From Turneriella sp. (GTDB taxonomy: Bacteria > Spirochaetota > Leptospiria > Turneriellales > Turneriellaceae): 64,000 nucleotides of DNA. The stretch lies in the NCBI GenBank assembly GCA_965279515.1, contig CBDIID010000003.1:1120001-1184000 (forward strand), written 5' to 3'. Below are positions 1 to 8,751 of the stretch, piece by piece. Under the pieces are notes generated by a model. The model was not told the DNA's origin. It was given only the letters and a program-made list of their open reading frames with translations, and ran no database searches. Numbering within the stretch: the first letter of the stretch is position 1; every line of letters begins with the position of its first letter. A program made the translations under genes and the position numbers.

Positions 1-2
1 GC

Positions 3-377
3 CTTGTCACCTACCACGATTCTTGTTATCTCGGCCGCTATAACGACAATTACTCGGCGCCGCGCTCGATTCTCGAGAAAGCGACCGGCGGCCGCGTCGT
101 CGAAGCGATTGACAACAAGACGCGTGGCCTGTGCTGCGGTGCCGGCGGCGCGCAGATGTGGAAAGAAGAAGAGAAATCCACGGATGCAACGGGTGTAAAA
201 GCCGAACGCGTAAACATCAAGCGCACGAAACAGCTCGTGGATACGGAAGCTAAAACTGTAGCCAGCGCCTGCCCGTTCTGCATCACCATGGTTGCCGACG
301 GTGTCAAAGCGATGGAGAAAGAAGAATCGGTGAAGACGCTCGATATCGCGGAGATATTGGCTCAGACGGTAAAATAA
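3..377 (+). CDS. Fe-S oxidoreductase, CCG-domain (FadF/heterodisulfide-reductase-like), C-terminal part; truncated by the window edge
   Basis: Frame open from position 3: LVTYHDSCYLGRYN...GLCCGAGGAQMW...ASACPFCITM, typical CCG-domain cysteine motifs. Confidence 0.85.
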   Translation, partial: LVTYHDSCYLGRYNDNYSAPRSILEKATGGRVVEAIDNKTRGLCCGAGGAQMWKEEEKSTDATGVKAERVNIKRTKQLVDTEAKTVASACPFCITMVADGVKAMEKEESVKTLDIAEILAQTVK

Positions 378-393
378 GCGCCGTGGCATAGTT

Positions 394-425
394 AAACTTG
401 ACGGCAACGTCAAGTTTGCCTTTTT
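394..425 (+). terminator. Perfect 10-bp hairpin with GCAA tetraloop followed by a short T-run; probable intrinsic terminator (could alternatively be an operator)
   Basis: AAACTTGACG-GCAA-CGTCAAGTTT (394-417), then GCCTTTTT. Confidence 0.55.
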
Positions 426-431
426 GCCGGA

Positions 432-1247
432 ATGAAAGATCTCAAAAATAAAGTCGCCGTCGTCACCGGCGCGGGTTCAGGCATTGGCAAACAGCTCGCA
501 CACCAGCTTGCGCGCGCCGGGACAGAGCTTGTACTCGCCGATGTCGCGGAGAAAAAACTGCAGCAAACTGTCGGTGAACTCCATGGCCAGACGAAGATAA
601 CGTCGCATGTCGTCGACGTCGCGCGCAAGGACCAGGTCTATGCGATGGCCGACGCGGCGCTGAAGGCGCACGGACAGGTGGATATCGTCATCAACAATGC
701 CGGTGTCACGGCTCTGCAAGCCCTCGACGAAGTTTCGTATGAAGATTTCGAATGGGTGATGAATGTCAACTTTTGGGGTGTGGTCTATGGCACACTGGCG
801 TTCATGAAACACCTCAAGGACCGCCCCGAGGCCTCGGTCGTGAATATCTCGAGCGTCAATGGTTTTATCCCCTTCCCCAACAATGGTCCTTACAACTGCT
901 CAAAATATGCCGTGTATGGTTTCAACGAAACCCTGCACCAGGAACTCGCGGGCACCGGTGTTGTCGTCACGTCGGTGCATCCCGGCGGCATCAAAACTGA
1001 TATCATACGCAATGCGAAGGTGCTGGCGTCCCCTGGTGGCGGCGATAAGATGCAGATTACGGAGCGTTTTGACGGCATGGCCCGGACATCCGCCGAAGAT
1101 GCGGCAAAGGCAATCATCGGCGCGATAAAAGGTAAGAAGAAAAAGCTGCTGATCGGCATCGATGCCTATGCGATGGATTTGGCCAAGCGCCTCGTGCCCG
1201 AAGAATTCGTCGGTTTCGTCGGCATGATGACGAAACGGTTTGGCTAA
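432..1247 (+). CDS. Short-chain dehydrogenase/reductase (SDR)
   Basis: TGAGSGIG, NNAG and YNCSK (YxxxK) motifs. Confidence 0.93.
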   Translation: MKDLKNKVAVVTGAGSGIGKQLAHQLARAGTELVLADVAEKKLQQTVGELHGQTKITSHVVDVARKDQVYAMADAALKAHGQVDIVINNAGVTALQALDEVSYEDFEWVMNVNFWGVVYGTLAFMKHLKDRPEASVVNISSVNGFIPFPNNGPYNCSKYAVYGFNETLHQELAGTGVVVTSVHPGGIKTDIIRNAKVLASPGGGDKMQITERFDGMARTSAEDAAKAIIGAIKGKKKKLLIGIDAYAMDLAKRLVPEEFVGFVGMMTKRFG

Positions 1248-1304
1248 AAGTCCTGATTTTCAGAACTTACTTTACAGTCGGCGGGTCTCCCGTTTGGCTG
1301 CGGA

Positions 1305-2798
1305 ATGAACCGCCGCCTGCAACTCATTCTGTTAAGCCTCCTGGTCATCGCCGCAGCGCTGATGACCATCGGCGGTAAAAAACGTTCGGGCAAAAAACTT
1401 TCCCAAAAGGAAATCGCGCAGCCGATCACCTTCCCTAAAACCTTTCTCTGGGGCACAGCGACCGCCGCCGAACAGCTCGAGGCGACGCAGGTTAGCGATT
1501 GGGCGGAATTCATACGCAAGAACTATACGGGCGAAGGTAAACCGGTCGCCGGCGCAGGCATCAAGGACCTCCATCTCTGGAGTGAAAATATCATCCGCGA
1601 AAAAACGGCGCACAACAGCCGCTATAAAGAAGATATCCAGCTCATGAAAGACCTCGGCGCCAATGCCTACCGTTTTTCCATCGCCTGGGATCGCCTCTTT
1701 CCGCGCGAAAACACGACAACGCCAGACGCAAGCGCCGTGGCGTTTTATGATGCGCTGTTCGCCGAGCTTGCGCGCCAAAATATCGAACCGTCCGTTACAC
1801 TCTTTCACTTCAGCTCACCCGCATGGTTTTTCGGCGAAAAAAATGGCAAGCGCGGCTGGGAGCGCGACGATGCGCAGGAACATTTCGCCCGCTTCGTGAA
1901 TTTCGTCGTCGGCCGTTGGGGAAAAAATGTCACTGTCTGGTGCACGCTGAATGAGCCGATGGTCTATATCTACTCGGGCTATATGCAGGGAATTTTCCCG
2001 CCACTGGAAAAACGCGCCAATGAAACCGCCGTTGCACCTGTGATGGAGGCCCTGCTCAAAGCGCATGCAGCTGCGTATGCGACGATCAAAAAGGCAAACC
2101 CCAAGGCCCTCGTGGGCGTCACCCAGCACACGCGTGAATTTTCACCTTACCGTAACCATGCAATTCTCGACCGCATCATCGCGGGTAAGGTTGAGCAGGC
2201 CTTCATCTGGGATTTTACCGATGCGATCCGCAGCGGTGTGCTCAAAGTGACAAATACCGATATCGAAAAGGCTATCCCCGGCCTGGGCGGTACGCAGGAT
2301 TTCATCGGCGTGAACTATTATGGCCGCTTCTACATCAAATCGAATATCATGGCGCCGACAAAATTCGAAGTGAAAAACCATGACGAAACCGACACTTCGG
2401 AAATCAAAAACGAACTCGGCTGGTCCGATTTCCCCCTCGGCATGAAGAATATCCTCCTCTCGGCTAAGTCAAAATATAACCTGCCGATCTATATTATGGA
2501 ATCGGGCACGGCAGAAAAAGCGGCGGATGACGTTCTGCGCCAACGCCTCATCATTACGCACCTCGCTGAAACCGCGGCGGCGATGCGCGACGGCGCCGAT
2601 GTGCGCGGCTATTTCCACTGGTCGCTGATCGACAATTTTGAATGGGCAGAAGGTTTTGATGCGCGCTTTGGGCTCGTCGCCGTCGATTATAAGAATAATT
2701 TCGCCCGCAAAAAACGTAAGAGCTTTAATACGCTGAGCGAAATCATCGGCCGGGGCATTTCGCCGGCCAGCTACGCTGCGGCAGCCGCGGCTTATTAA
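1305..2798 (+). CDS. Glycoside hydrolase family 1 (beta-glucosidase-like) with N-terminal signal/anchor
   Basis: AYRFSIAW, TLNEP acid/base, YIMESG nucleophile region, WSLIDNFEWAEG. Confidence 0.92.
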   Translation: MNRRLQLILLSLLVIAAALMTIGGKKRSGKKLSQKEIAQPITFPKTFLWGTATAAEQLEATQVSDWAEFIRKNYTGEGKPVAGAGIKDLHLWSENIIREKTAHNSRYKEDIQLMKDLGANAYRFSIAWDRLFPRENTTTPDASAVAFYDALFAELARQNIEPSVTLFHFSSPAWFFGEKNGKRGWERDDAQEHFARFVNFVVGRWGKNVTVWCTLNEPMVYIYSGYMQGIFPPLEKRANETAVAPVMEALLKAHAAAYATIKKANPKALVGVTQHTREFSPYRNHAILDRIIAGKVEQAFIWDFTDAIRSGVLKVTNTDIEKAIPGLGGTQDFIGVNYYGRFYIKSNIMAPTKFEVKNHDETDTSEIKNELGWSDFPLGMKNILLSAKSKYNLPIYIMESGTAEKAADDVLRQRLIITHLAETAAAMRDGADVRGYFHWSLIDNFEWAEGFDARFGLVAVDYKNNFARKKRKSFNTLSEIIGRGISPASYAAAAAAY

Positions 2799-2810
2799 AA
2801 GGCCTTTCCC

Positions 2811-5800
2811 CTACGCCGACATCGCACCGGGGCCAAGCGTGGCCGCCCAGAACTTTCCGTTGGGCACGCGGCCGTCGGCGTCGCGCGAATATTCGGCTTT
2901 CAGGCCGATGACATAATACATGTCGACCTCGCCTTTATTCTTGGCGCTGATTTTACCGCGGTATTCGCAGCGAAAATATTCTTTAATGAGTTCATAGGTC
3001 AAACCACTGATGTTGATCTTGCCCGTTGTGCCGCTCGACTCCATACGGCTCGCGGTATTGACGGTGTCGCCCCAGACATCGTAGGCGAATTTACGCTCGC
3101 CGATCACACCCGCGATCAGGGGCCCCGAATGGATGCCGAGGCGCAGTTCCCAGTAGGGCTCGCCCAGAGATTTTTTGATATCGCGCATCTGCGCCATAAA
3201 ATCGCGAATCTCCATCGCGGCGAGCACGCAGTCGATCGCATGCGTCTCTGTTACCTTGGGGATTCCCCCCGCGCACATATAGCTGTCGCCGATCGTCTTG
3301 AGTTTTTCCAGGCGATGCCGTTCGGTAATTTTATCGAACTGGACAAAGCACGCATCGAGTTCTTTGATGAGCTCGTTCGGTGACATAAATTCGGCGATTT
3401 TGGTGAAACCCTGGAAATCGGTAAAGAGCACGCTGACCGCGTCGAATTGCACGGGTTCGGCAAAGCCTTTTTCCTTGAGTTCAATAGCTACATCTTTGGG
3501 CAGAATATTCAGCAGCAGCTTTTCGGATTTCTCGCGTTCTTCCTGCACCTGCCTGAAAAGCCGCGAACTATAGATAACTCCTGTGATCTGCTCGGCGAGA
3601 ATGGACAGGCGCGAGATGTCGTCACGCGAGAGCCCGATTTTACCCTTGCTTCCCGAAAAATCAAGGATACCGACCGGTTCGTTGTTCAGCACCAGCGGTA
3701 GCAGCAAAAAAGACTGGAGGTTATATTTTTGCATAATCTCGTATTCTTCGGGAGAGCTTGCATCGATGACGCGCTGCGCCCGGGTATTCGGCACAAAGAA
3801 AGCGCGTTTGTTCCGAATCACCTGCGCATGGGCGCCCCTGGCAGTGCCTATCGGGATCTCAATTTTTTCGACGGCCCGGCGTTCGGCCTCGGGTAAAGAA
3901 TCGTCACTGCATAATGAAAGCAACTGCAGCCGGCTTTTATCCTGCGACACGCCGTAGAGCGCGTGCCAGTCCATACCGAAAGACTCTGTAACATAGTCTT
4001 GAACCTTCTTCATGATTATTGTCAGATCGAATTCTTCGTTAAGGCTGCGGAGAAGGCGGTTCAGTTTCTCTGTTTCATCTTTCTGCCGTTCCGTTTCACG
4101 CTGCGAAACGAGCGCCTTGTCTTTTTCGGTTTGCAGATTGTGCAACGTCGTATCGATGCGCGTCGCAATCGGCCGAATCAGAACGAATGTGGCGAGAAAG
4201 GCGAAGAGCAGAAGCGGCGTGGCAACCAGGAAAATGTGGAGTAACCGCTGCGGCAACGGGATATCCCCCGCTAAGGTAGACCAGACGAAGGCGAGAAAAA
4301 ACACAACACACCCCACGGCAAAGGGAGACAGCAGTGCGCTGATGCGCAGCGACTCGGTTTTCAGCGTTTTGCCGCCATAGCGCATTACCGCAAAAGCCAA
4401 GATAACAGTCGGTATAATCGATAGGTTACCGATCGGGTAAAACTCTATACCCATCGTCGCCGGCAGATTACCAATGAGCAGCAACCCGCCGACGGCAAGA
4501 TAAAGTACGGAGATATCACCTAAACGATTCGGCCCCGCAGTACCGCGGTATCTCCACCAGTCGCGCAAGACAACCGCGATCGCGAGAAATCCGACCAGAC
4601 CATAAAGCTGAATGACAGGGCCTGCCTGTGAGATGCGCCCCCACGGGTATTCAAAATAACCGGTAAAAAGCCAAGGCGTCATGGCCATCACGCTCAGGCC
4701 CACCGACAAAACATCGAGCACGCGGCGAAAGCCGGGCGCCGGCCGGTCAAGGCTCAGATATGCAAAACGTATCTGAACTGCCGGGGCAAGACCAAAGACC
4801 ATGTAACACAACTGTTCGATGCGGTGCGCGATCACAGGTTCGATGCCTAAGGCGCCGACGATGACGGACAGGAGCAGGAAACCGTAGATGTAGAGCGAAA
4901 AAGCACCGTACTGGTTCACGGGTTTTGTTGGGTTCGTGCCGCCGATGAGAATACCCAGCGCGACTACAAAGAATACGGACCCTACCGGAATCAGCAGCCA
5001 CGGATACCAGTTCAGTTTCGCGTAGCCAGCGGGTGAAAAACGAAACAACACGGCGCAGGTCAGACCCAGCAGCACAACACCCGCAATCAGGTTCAGTATG
5101 TAGAAGAGCGCATTTTTTTCGAAGAAAAGGTCCCTGAGATTTTTGAAATCCGAATTAAAGACCGCGTAAGCCATGATGCACATCGGAATAAACGAAAACG
5201 TCGCGCCGGGAAACAGGGGATAGCCCGCAAAACTCGGCAAATTGGAAATCGTCAGAACCAACAGGAGCGAATGGCCGACGAAGAGCAGGTGCTTGCCTGC
5301 AAAACTGTAACGTTTCCAGTAGAGATAAAATACCGGAAACCCGATTGTTATGAAAGACAGAGTCGAACCTGCCCCCCAAAGCTTCAGCGGCAATGCGGCT
5401 ACCGGAAATTTACCAAAGCTGTAATAGAGAAATTCGCCTGTAAATGCGCGCCCCGAAACGACGCTGGCCAGCGCCACGAGGGTCACTATCCAGTTCACTG
5501 TCGTACCGACGGCGATCGCGCGCCGGAATTTTTTATCGAGTATATAATAGATCAAATGTGACGAAGCGGGCGATAGAAACAAAACCGCGCCGTAGAGATA
5601 CGTGTTCCAGCGCAACAGGACACCGGTGTCAGCTATCAACGCGCGCAGCGAAATCACGAGTCCCAGCGCCGCGAATGATATGCAGGTGACCCCGAAAGAG
5701 ATATAATAACCCACACGCTCGCGCCGCGTCGCACGGAGGAGACTGATGATGCCGAGCGTTAGACCGACGACACAAGTGACGAGCCCTGGCACCGCATACG

Positions 5801-5867
5801 GCAGCATGTCCCAAAAGTAGAGATCAGAAGTGATTGAAGACGGAAAGAACGGCAAGGCTTCGCGCAT
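2811..5867 (-). CDS. Membrane class III adenylate/guanylate cyclase: two multi-TM sensor modules + GAF + cyclase domain (start uncertain)
   Basis: LLLNILP, SVLFTDFQGFT, KLKTIGDSYM, YDVWGDTVNTASRMES; hydrophobic N-terminal ~580 aa. Confidence 0.9.
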   Translation of the reverse strand: MREALPFFPSSITSDLYFWDMLPYAVPGLVTCVVGLTLGIISLLRATRRERVGYYISFGVTCISFAALGLVISLRALIADTGVLLRWNTYLYGAVLFLSPASSHLIYYILDKKFRRAIAVGTTVNWIVTLVALASVVSGRAFTGEFLYYSFGKFPVAALPLKLWGAGSTLSFITIGFPVFYLYWKRYSFAGKHLLFVGHSLLLVLTISNLPSFAGYPLFPGATFSFIPMCIMAYAVFNSDFKNLRDLFFEKNALFYILNLIAGVVLLGLTCAVLFRFSPAGYAKLNWYPWLLIPVGSVFFVVALGILIGGTNPTKPVNQYGAFSLYIYGFLLLSVIVGALGIEPVIAHRIEQLCYMVFGLAPAVQIRFAYLSLDRPAPGFRRVLDVLSVGLSVMAMTPWLFTGYFEYPWGRISQAGPVIQLYGLVGFLAIAVVLRDWWRYRGTAGPNRLGDISVLYLAVGGLLLIGNLPATMGIEFYPIGNLSIIPTVILAFAVMRYGGKTLKTESLRISALLSPFAVGCVVFFLAFVWSTLAGDIPLPQRLLHIFLVATPLLLFAFLATFVLIRPIATRIDTTLHNLQTEKDKALVSQRETERQKDETEKLNRLLRSLNEEFDLTIIMKKVQDYVTESFGMDWHALYGVSQDKSRLQLLSLCSDDSLPEAERRAVEKIEIPIGTARGAHAQVIRNKRAFFVPNTRAQRVIDASSPEEYEIMQKYNLQSFLLLPLVLNNEPVGILDFSGSKGKIGLSRDDISRLSILAEQITGVIYSSRLFRQVQEEREKSEKLLLNILPKDVAIELKEKGFAEPVQFDAVSVLFTDFQGFTKIAEFMSPNELIKELDACFVQFDKITERHRLEKLKTIGDSYMCAGGIPKVTETHAIDCVLAAMEIRDFMAQMRDIKKSLGEPYWELRLGIHSGPLIAGVIGERKFAYDVWGDTVNTASRMESSGTTGKINISGLTYELIKEYFRCEYRGKISAKNKGEVDMYYVIGLKAEYSRDADGRVPNGKFWAATLGPGAMSA

Positions 5868-5936
5868 AGCGGACTTCCCCGGCGCGACACTTAGAATCAA
5901 TTTCTAATCGAACGCCACCACCCCCCGAACAGGGGG

Positions 5937-6875
5937 TTAAAATTCACCCACGAACACGACCTCGCGCTCGAGCCGGATACCCGTCGTTTCGAAAACTTTG
6001 GTTTCAATGAGCCGTGCCAGCGCCTGTACGTCGGCAGCCCTGGCGCCGCCGTTGTTCACAATAAAATTGCAATGCTCCGCGGAAATTTCCGCACCGCCCT
6101 CTTTTACGCCGCGCAGGCCCGCCTCGTCGATGAGCTGCCATGCCTTCTTTTCAGAAATATATTTCGCCGGGTTCTTGAAGATACTGCCGGCAGAGCGGCG
6201 GTTCTTCGGCTGCGAAGCGATTCGGCGGTTTTTATAATCGGCGATTCTGGCCTCGATGAGGTTGAGATCGCCTTTCGCGAGCTCCAGTGTCGCGCCCGTG
6301 ACCCAGATCGCCGGATCGCCCTTAAAAAGACTGTTGCGGTACGTGAACGCACAGTCGGCATTTTTCAGTGTCTCGACATTCCCCGAGCGCACGATCTCGA
6401 CTTGCACAACCGAGTCTTTGAGTTCATGGCCGTAACAGCCCGCATTCTGGATGATCGAACCGCCGAAATGCCCGGGTATCGTTGTCAGAAACTCAACGCC
6501 CTCAAAGCCCAGGGCAGATATTCTCTTGCCACTCAAAGGCGCCCGCGCGCTCGCAGGTACAAAGACCGCGAGGCGCTCTTGGGATTCACTGCGTATCTGA
6601 AGTTCTTCGCCGAGCTGCGGGTGAATCACCACACCGCGAAAACCGCCATCGGCAATCAAAAGATTTGAACCGCCGCCGAGAAGCAATACCGGCAAGCCGC
6701 GCTCGCGGATGAAACTTTGTAAACTTGCCATCTGCTCCGCGTGCGCCGGCGTAACAAAGATATCAGCGGGACCACCCAGGCGAAACGTTGTGTATTCATG
6801 CAGCGGGTAATCCGCATGGAAATCTATCTTTTGTGATATGAGAAAAGCCTTGAGCTCATCGTAGCCCATCGGCAT
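5937..6875 (-). CDS. murB: UDP-N-acetylenolpyruvoylglucosamine reductase
   Basis: TTFRLGGPA, LGGGSNLL, QNAGCYG, SAGSIFKNP, HCNFIVNNG; start overlaps glpD stop (TGATG). Confidence 0.95.
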   Translation of the reverse strand: MPMGYDELKAFLISQKIDFHADYPLHEYTTFRLGGPADIFVTPAHAEQMASLQSFIRERGLPVLLLGGGSNLLIADGGFRGVVIHPQLGEELQIRSESQERLAVFVPASARAPLSGKRISALGFEGVEFLTTIPGHFGGSIIQNAGCYGHELKDSVVQVEIVRSGNVETLKNADCAFTYRNSLFKGDPAIWVTGATLELAKGDLNLIEARIADYKNRRIASQPKNRRSAGSIFKNPAKYISEKKAWQLIDEAGLRGVKEGGAEISAEHCNFIVNNGGARAADVQALARLIETKVFETTGIRLEREVVFVGEF

Positions 6876-8524
6876 CAACCGATGATGGAGCGTGACTTCT
6901 TGAAAAGTAAAACTTCTTCTTTGCGCCGCGTAGTATCCCAGCGCAAAAGATCGCCCATCGCGCCCGCGACCGAGGTCAGCGCCGAATCAGAAATAAAGCC
7001 CATGTTGCCCAGGCCACAGCGGCGCTTCAGGAAATCCGTCAGCGTCAACGCCATCTCTTGCTCCACCGCATAATAGATTTCGGCATAGATGAACTGGTAT
7101 TCATTTTCGATCGGGCGCAACAGCGACTTGTCCTTGATGACATAGTCAAGCACGCGTTCATAGAGCGCGCCATAGATCTCAATCAGGTGATCGATCAGCT
7201 GCGGCGAATAGACATGATCCCAGCGCACGTGCGCGTCCGCGATGAAGGTCGCCAGGCGAGGGCCCACCGCACCGCCCACGACCGGTGTCTTATGCGACAC
7301 AGAACGGCGGCGCGGGAAACCGAATTTCTTTTCGATCAGGTCGACCGTTTCTTCGGCGAGCGCGCGCGATGTCGTCCACTTGCCGCCGAACACCGACACA
7401 AGACCGTCGATGTTCTCTTCTTTCGCATGGTAAATGATTTCGTGCTTGCGCGAGGCCTTATACGTGCTGGTCACCGAACTTTCTGCCACCAGCGGCCGCA
7501 GACCCGCATACGTGTTCACGACGTCGGCAAGCGTCTTCTTCTGGGGAAAATATTCGTTATAGACGTCGATAAATTTCTGCGCGTCATCCTGCGTGACCGT
7601 CAGATCGTCGGGGCTGCCCTTGAACTCGGTGTCGGTTGTGCCGAGCAGCGAATAGTTACGCCACGGAATCAGGAAGATATGCTCTTTGCTACGCGTCTCG
7701 ATGCCGATAGTCGTGTTCTTGTGGAAGCGCGGGAAAAGCAGGTGGATGCCCTTACTGCGCGTGAGCTTGCGGATGGGATTCTGGTGCAGCTTCGAGAGCA
7801 CAATATCGCCCCACGGCCCGGATGCATTGACCGTCACCTTCGCACGGATCGGAAAATCTTTGCCACCGATCATGTCATGCGCAATGACGCCGACCGCCCT
7901 TTTACCCGCAGAAGTCTCTTCGAGAATAAAATCGGAACACGCGACGTAGTTCGCCACGATTGCACCCCGCGAAGCCGCCGAAAGTATATACTCGAGGTTC
8001 GAGCGGTTCGGGTGCCGGTTGAGCGCGTCATAATAATGGTACGCACCCCTGAGGCCATTCGGGTTCAGACCCGGTTCGATCTGCAGCGCCTTCTCTTTCG
8101 TCAGCCAGCGTTTGCGGTCGAGGTGCTTATCAGGATCTTCGATGTAATTTCGGTCCCAGGCCAGCATGTCATAGACCGTCAACCCCATGCCGATCATCCA
8201 GCGCGGGGTCGGCGTATAATCATAGAACGGGATCATGAACGGCAGCGGAAAAACCTGGTGCGGCATGTTGATCTCGAGGTATCGCCGCTCGCGCAATGAC
8301 TCACGCACCACGGGGATATCCCCCTGGGCCAAATAGCGCAGGCCGCCGTGTATCAGCTTCGAGGTCGCGGCGCTTGTTGCGTGGCCAAAATCTTTGCGTT
8401 CGATGAGCGCGACCGACAGGCCACGCAAAACAGCATCCCATGCGATTGAGGCGCCTGAAACGCCTCCGCCGATCACCAGAAGATCAAAGATCTGGTTTTG
8501 AAATCTCTGTAAATCGCGTTTCAT
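6875..8524 (-). CDS. glpD: FAD-dependent glycerol-3-phosphate dehydrogenase/oxidase
   Basis: DLLVIGGGVSG, TSKLIHGGLRYL, GGKWTT; start set at MKRDLQ (8524). Confidence 0.9.
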   Translation of the reverse strand: MKRDLQRFQNQIFDLLVIGGGVSGASIAWDAVLRGLSVALIERKDFGHATSAATSKLIHGGLRYLAQGDIPVVRESLRERRYLEINMPHQVFPLPFMIPFYDYTPTPRWMIGMGLTVYDMLAWDRNYIEDPDKHLDRKRWLTKEKALQIEPGLNPNGLRGAYHYYDALNRHPNRSNLEYILSAASRGAIVANYVACSDFILEETSAGKRAVGVIAHDMIGGKDFPIRAKVTVNASGPWGDIVLSKLHQNPIRKLTRSKGIHLLFPRFHKNTTIGIETRSKEHIFLIPWRNYSLLGTTDTEFKGSPDDLTVTQDDAQKFIDVYNEYFPQKKTLADVVNTYAGLRPLVAESSVTSTYKASRKHEIIYHAKEENIDGLVSVFGGKWTTSRALAEETVDLIEKKFGFPRRRSVSHKTPVVGGAVGPRLATFIADAHVRWDHVYSPQLIDHLIEIYGALYERVLDYVIKDKSLLRPIENEYQFIYAEIYYAVEQEMALTLTDFLKRRCGLGNMGFISDSALTSVAGAMGDLLRWDTTRRKEEVLLFKKSRSIIG

Positions 8525-8536
8525 GCGTTTATTACT

Positions 8537-8637
8537 TGGTCGTCGAGTGACCCGGGTCTCGATACGTTGCCTGCGGCAACACACCGGCGACAGAGACTCG
8601 CTAAAGCCTCGTCGCGACCACCGGGCCGTATCTAGAC
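8537..8637. repeat. Nested REP-like palindromic element in the glpD/gltX divergent intergenic region
   Basis: TGGTCG..CGACCA, CCCGG..CCGGG, GTCTCGATACG..CGTATCTAGAC (1 mismatch), inner GTTGCC-TGC-GGCAAC hairpin. Confidence 0.55.
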
Positions 8638-8751
8638 GCAACCCCACAGAAAAAATGAACGAGACATGTCGTAAACTAATTGTGTTTTTCGTACATGCGT
8701 TGACCGGCTGTCTTCGAATACCGGATTTGACCGCTGCCAAACCGGCATACC

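Noticed and set aside
5918..5937. CCCCCC-GAACA-GGGGG mini-hairpin after murB
   Set aside because: Too short to call as a terminator or repeat copy; no T-tract
7058..8299. 413-aa ORF antisense to glpD (and similar long antisense ORFs at 47938-49146, 16951-17814, 21007-21792)
   Set aside because: Shadow ORFs opposite well-conserved genes, expected with this codon bias; no recognisable motifs
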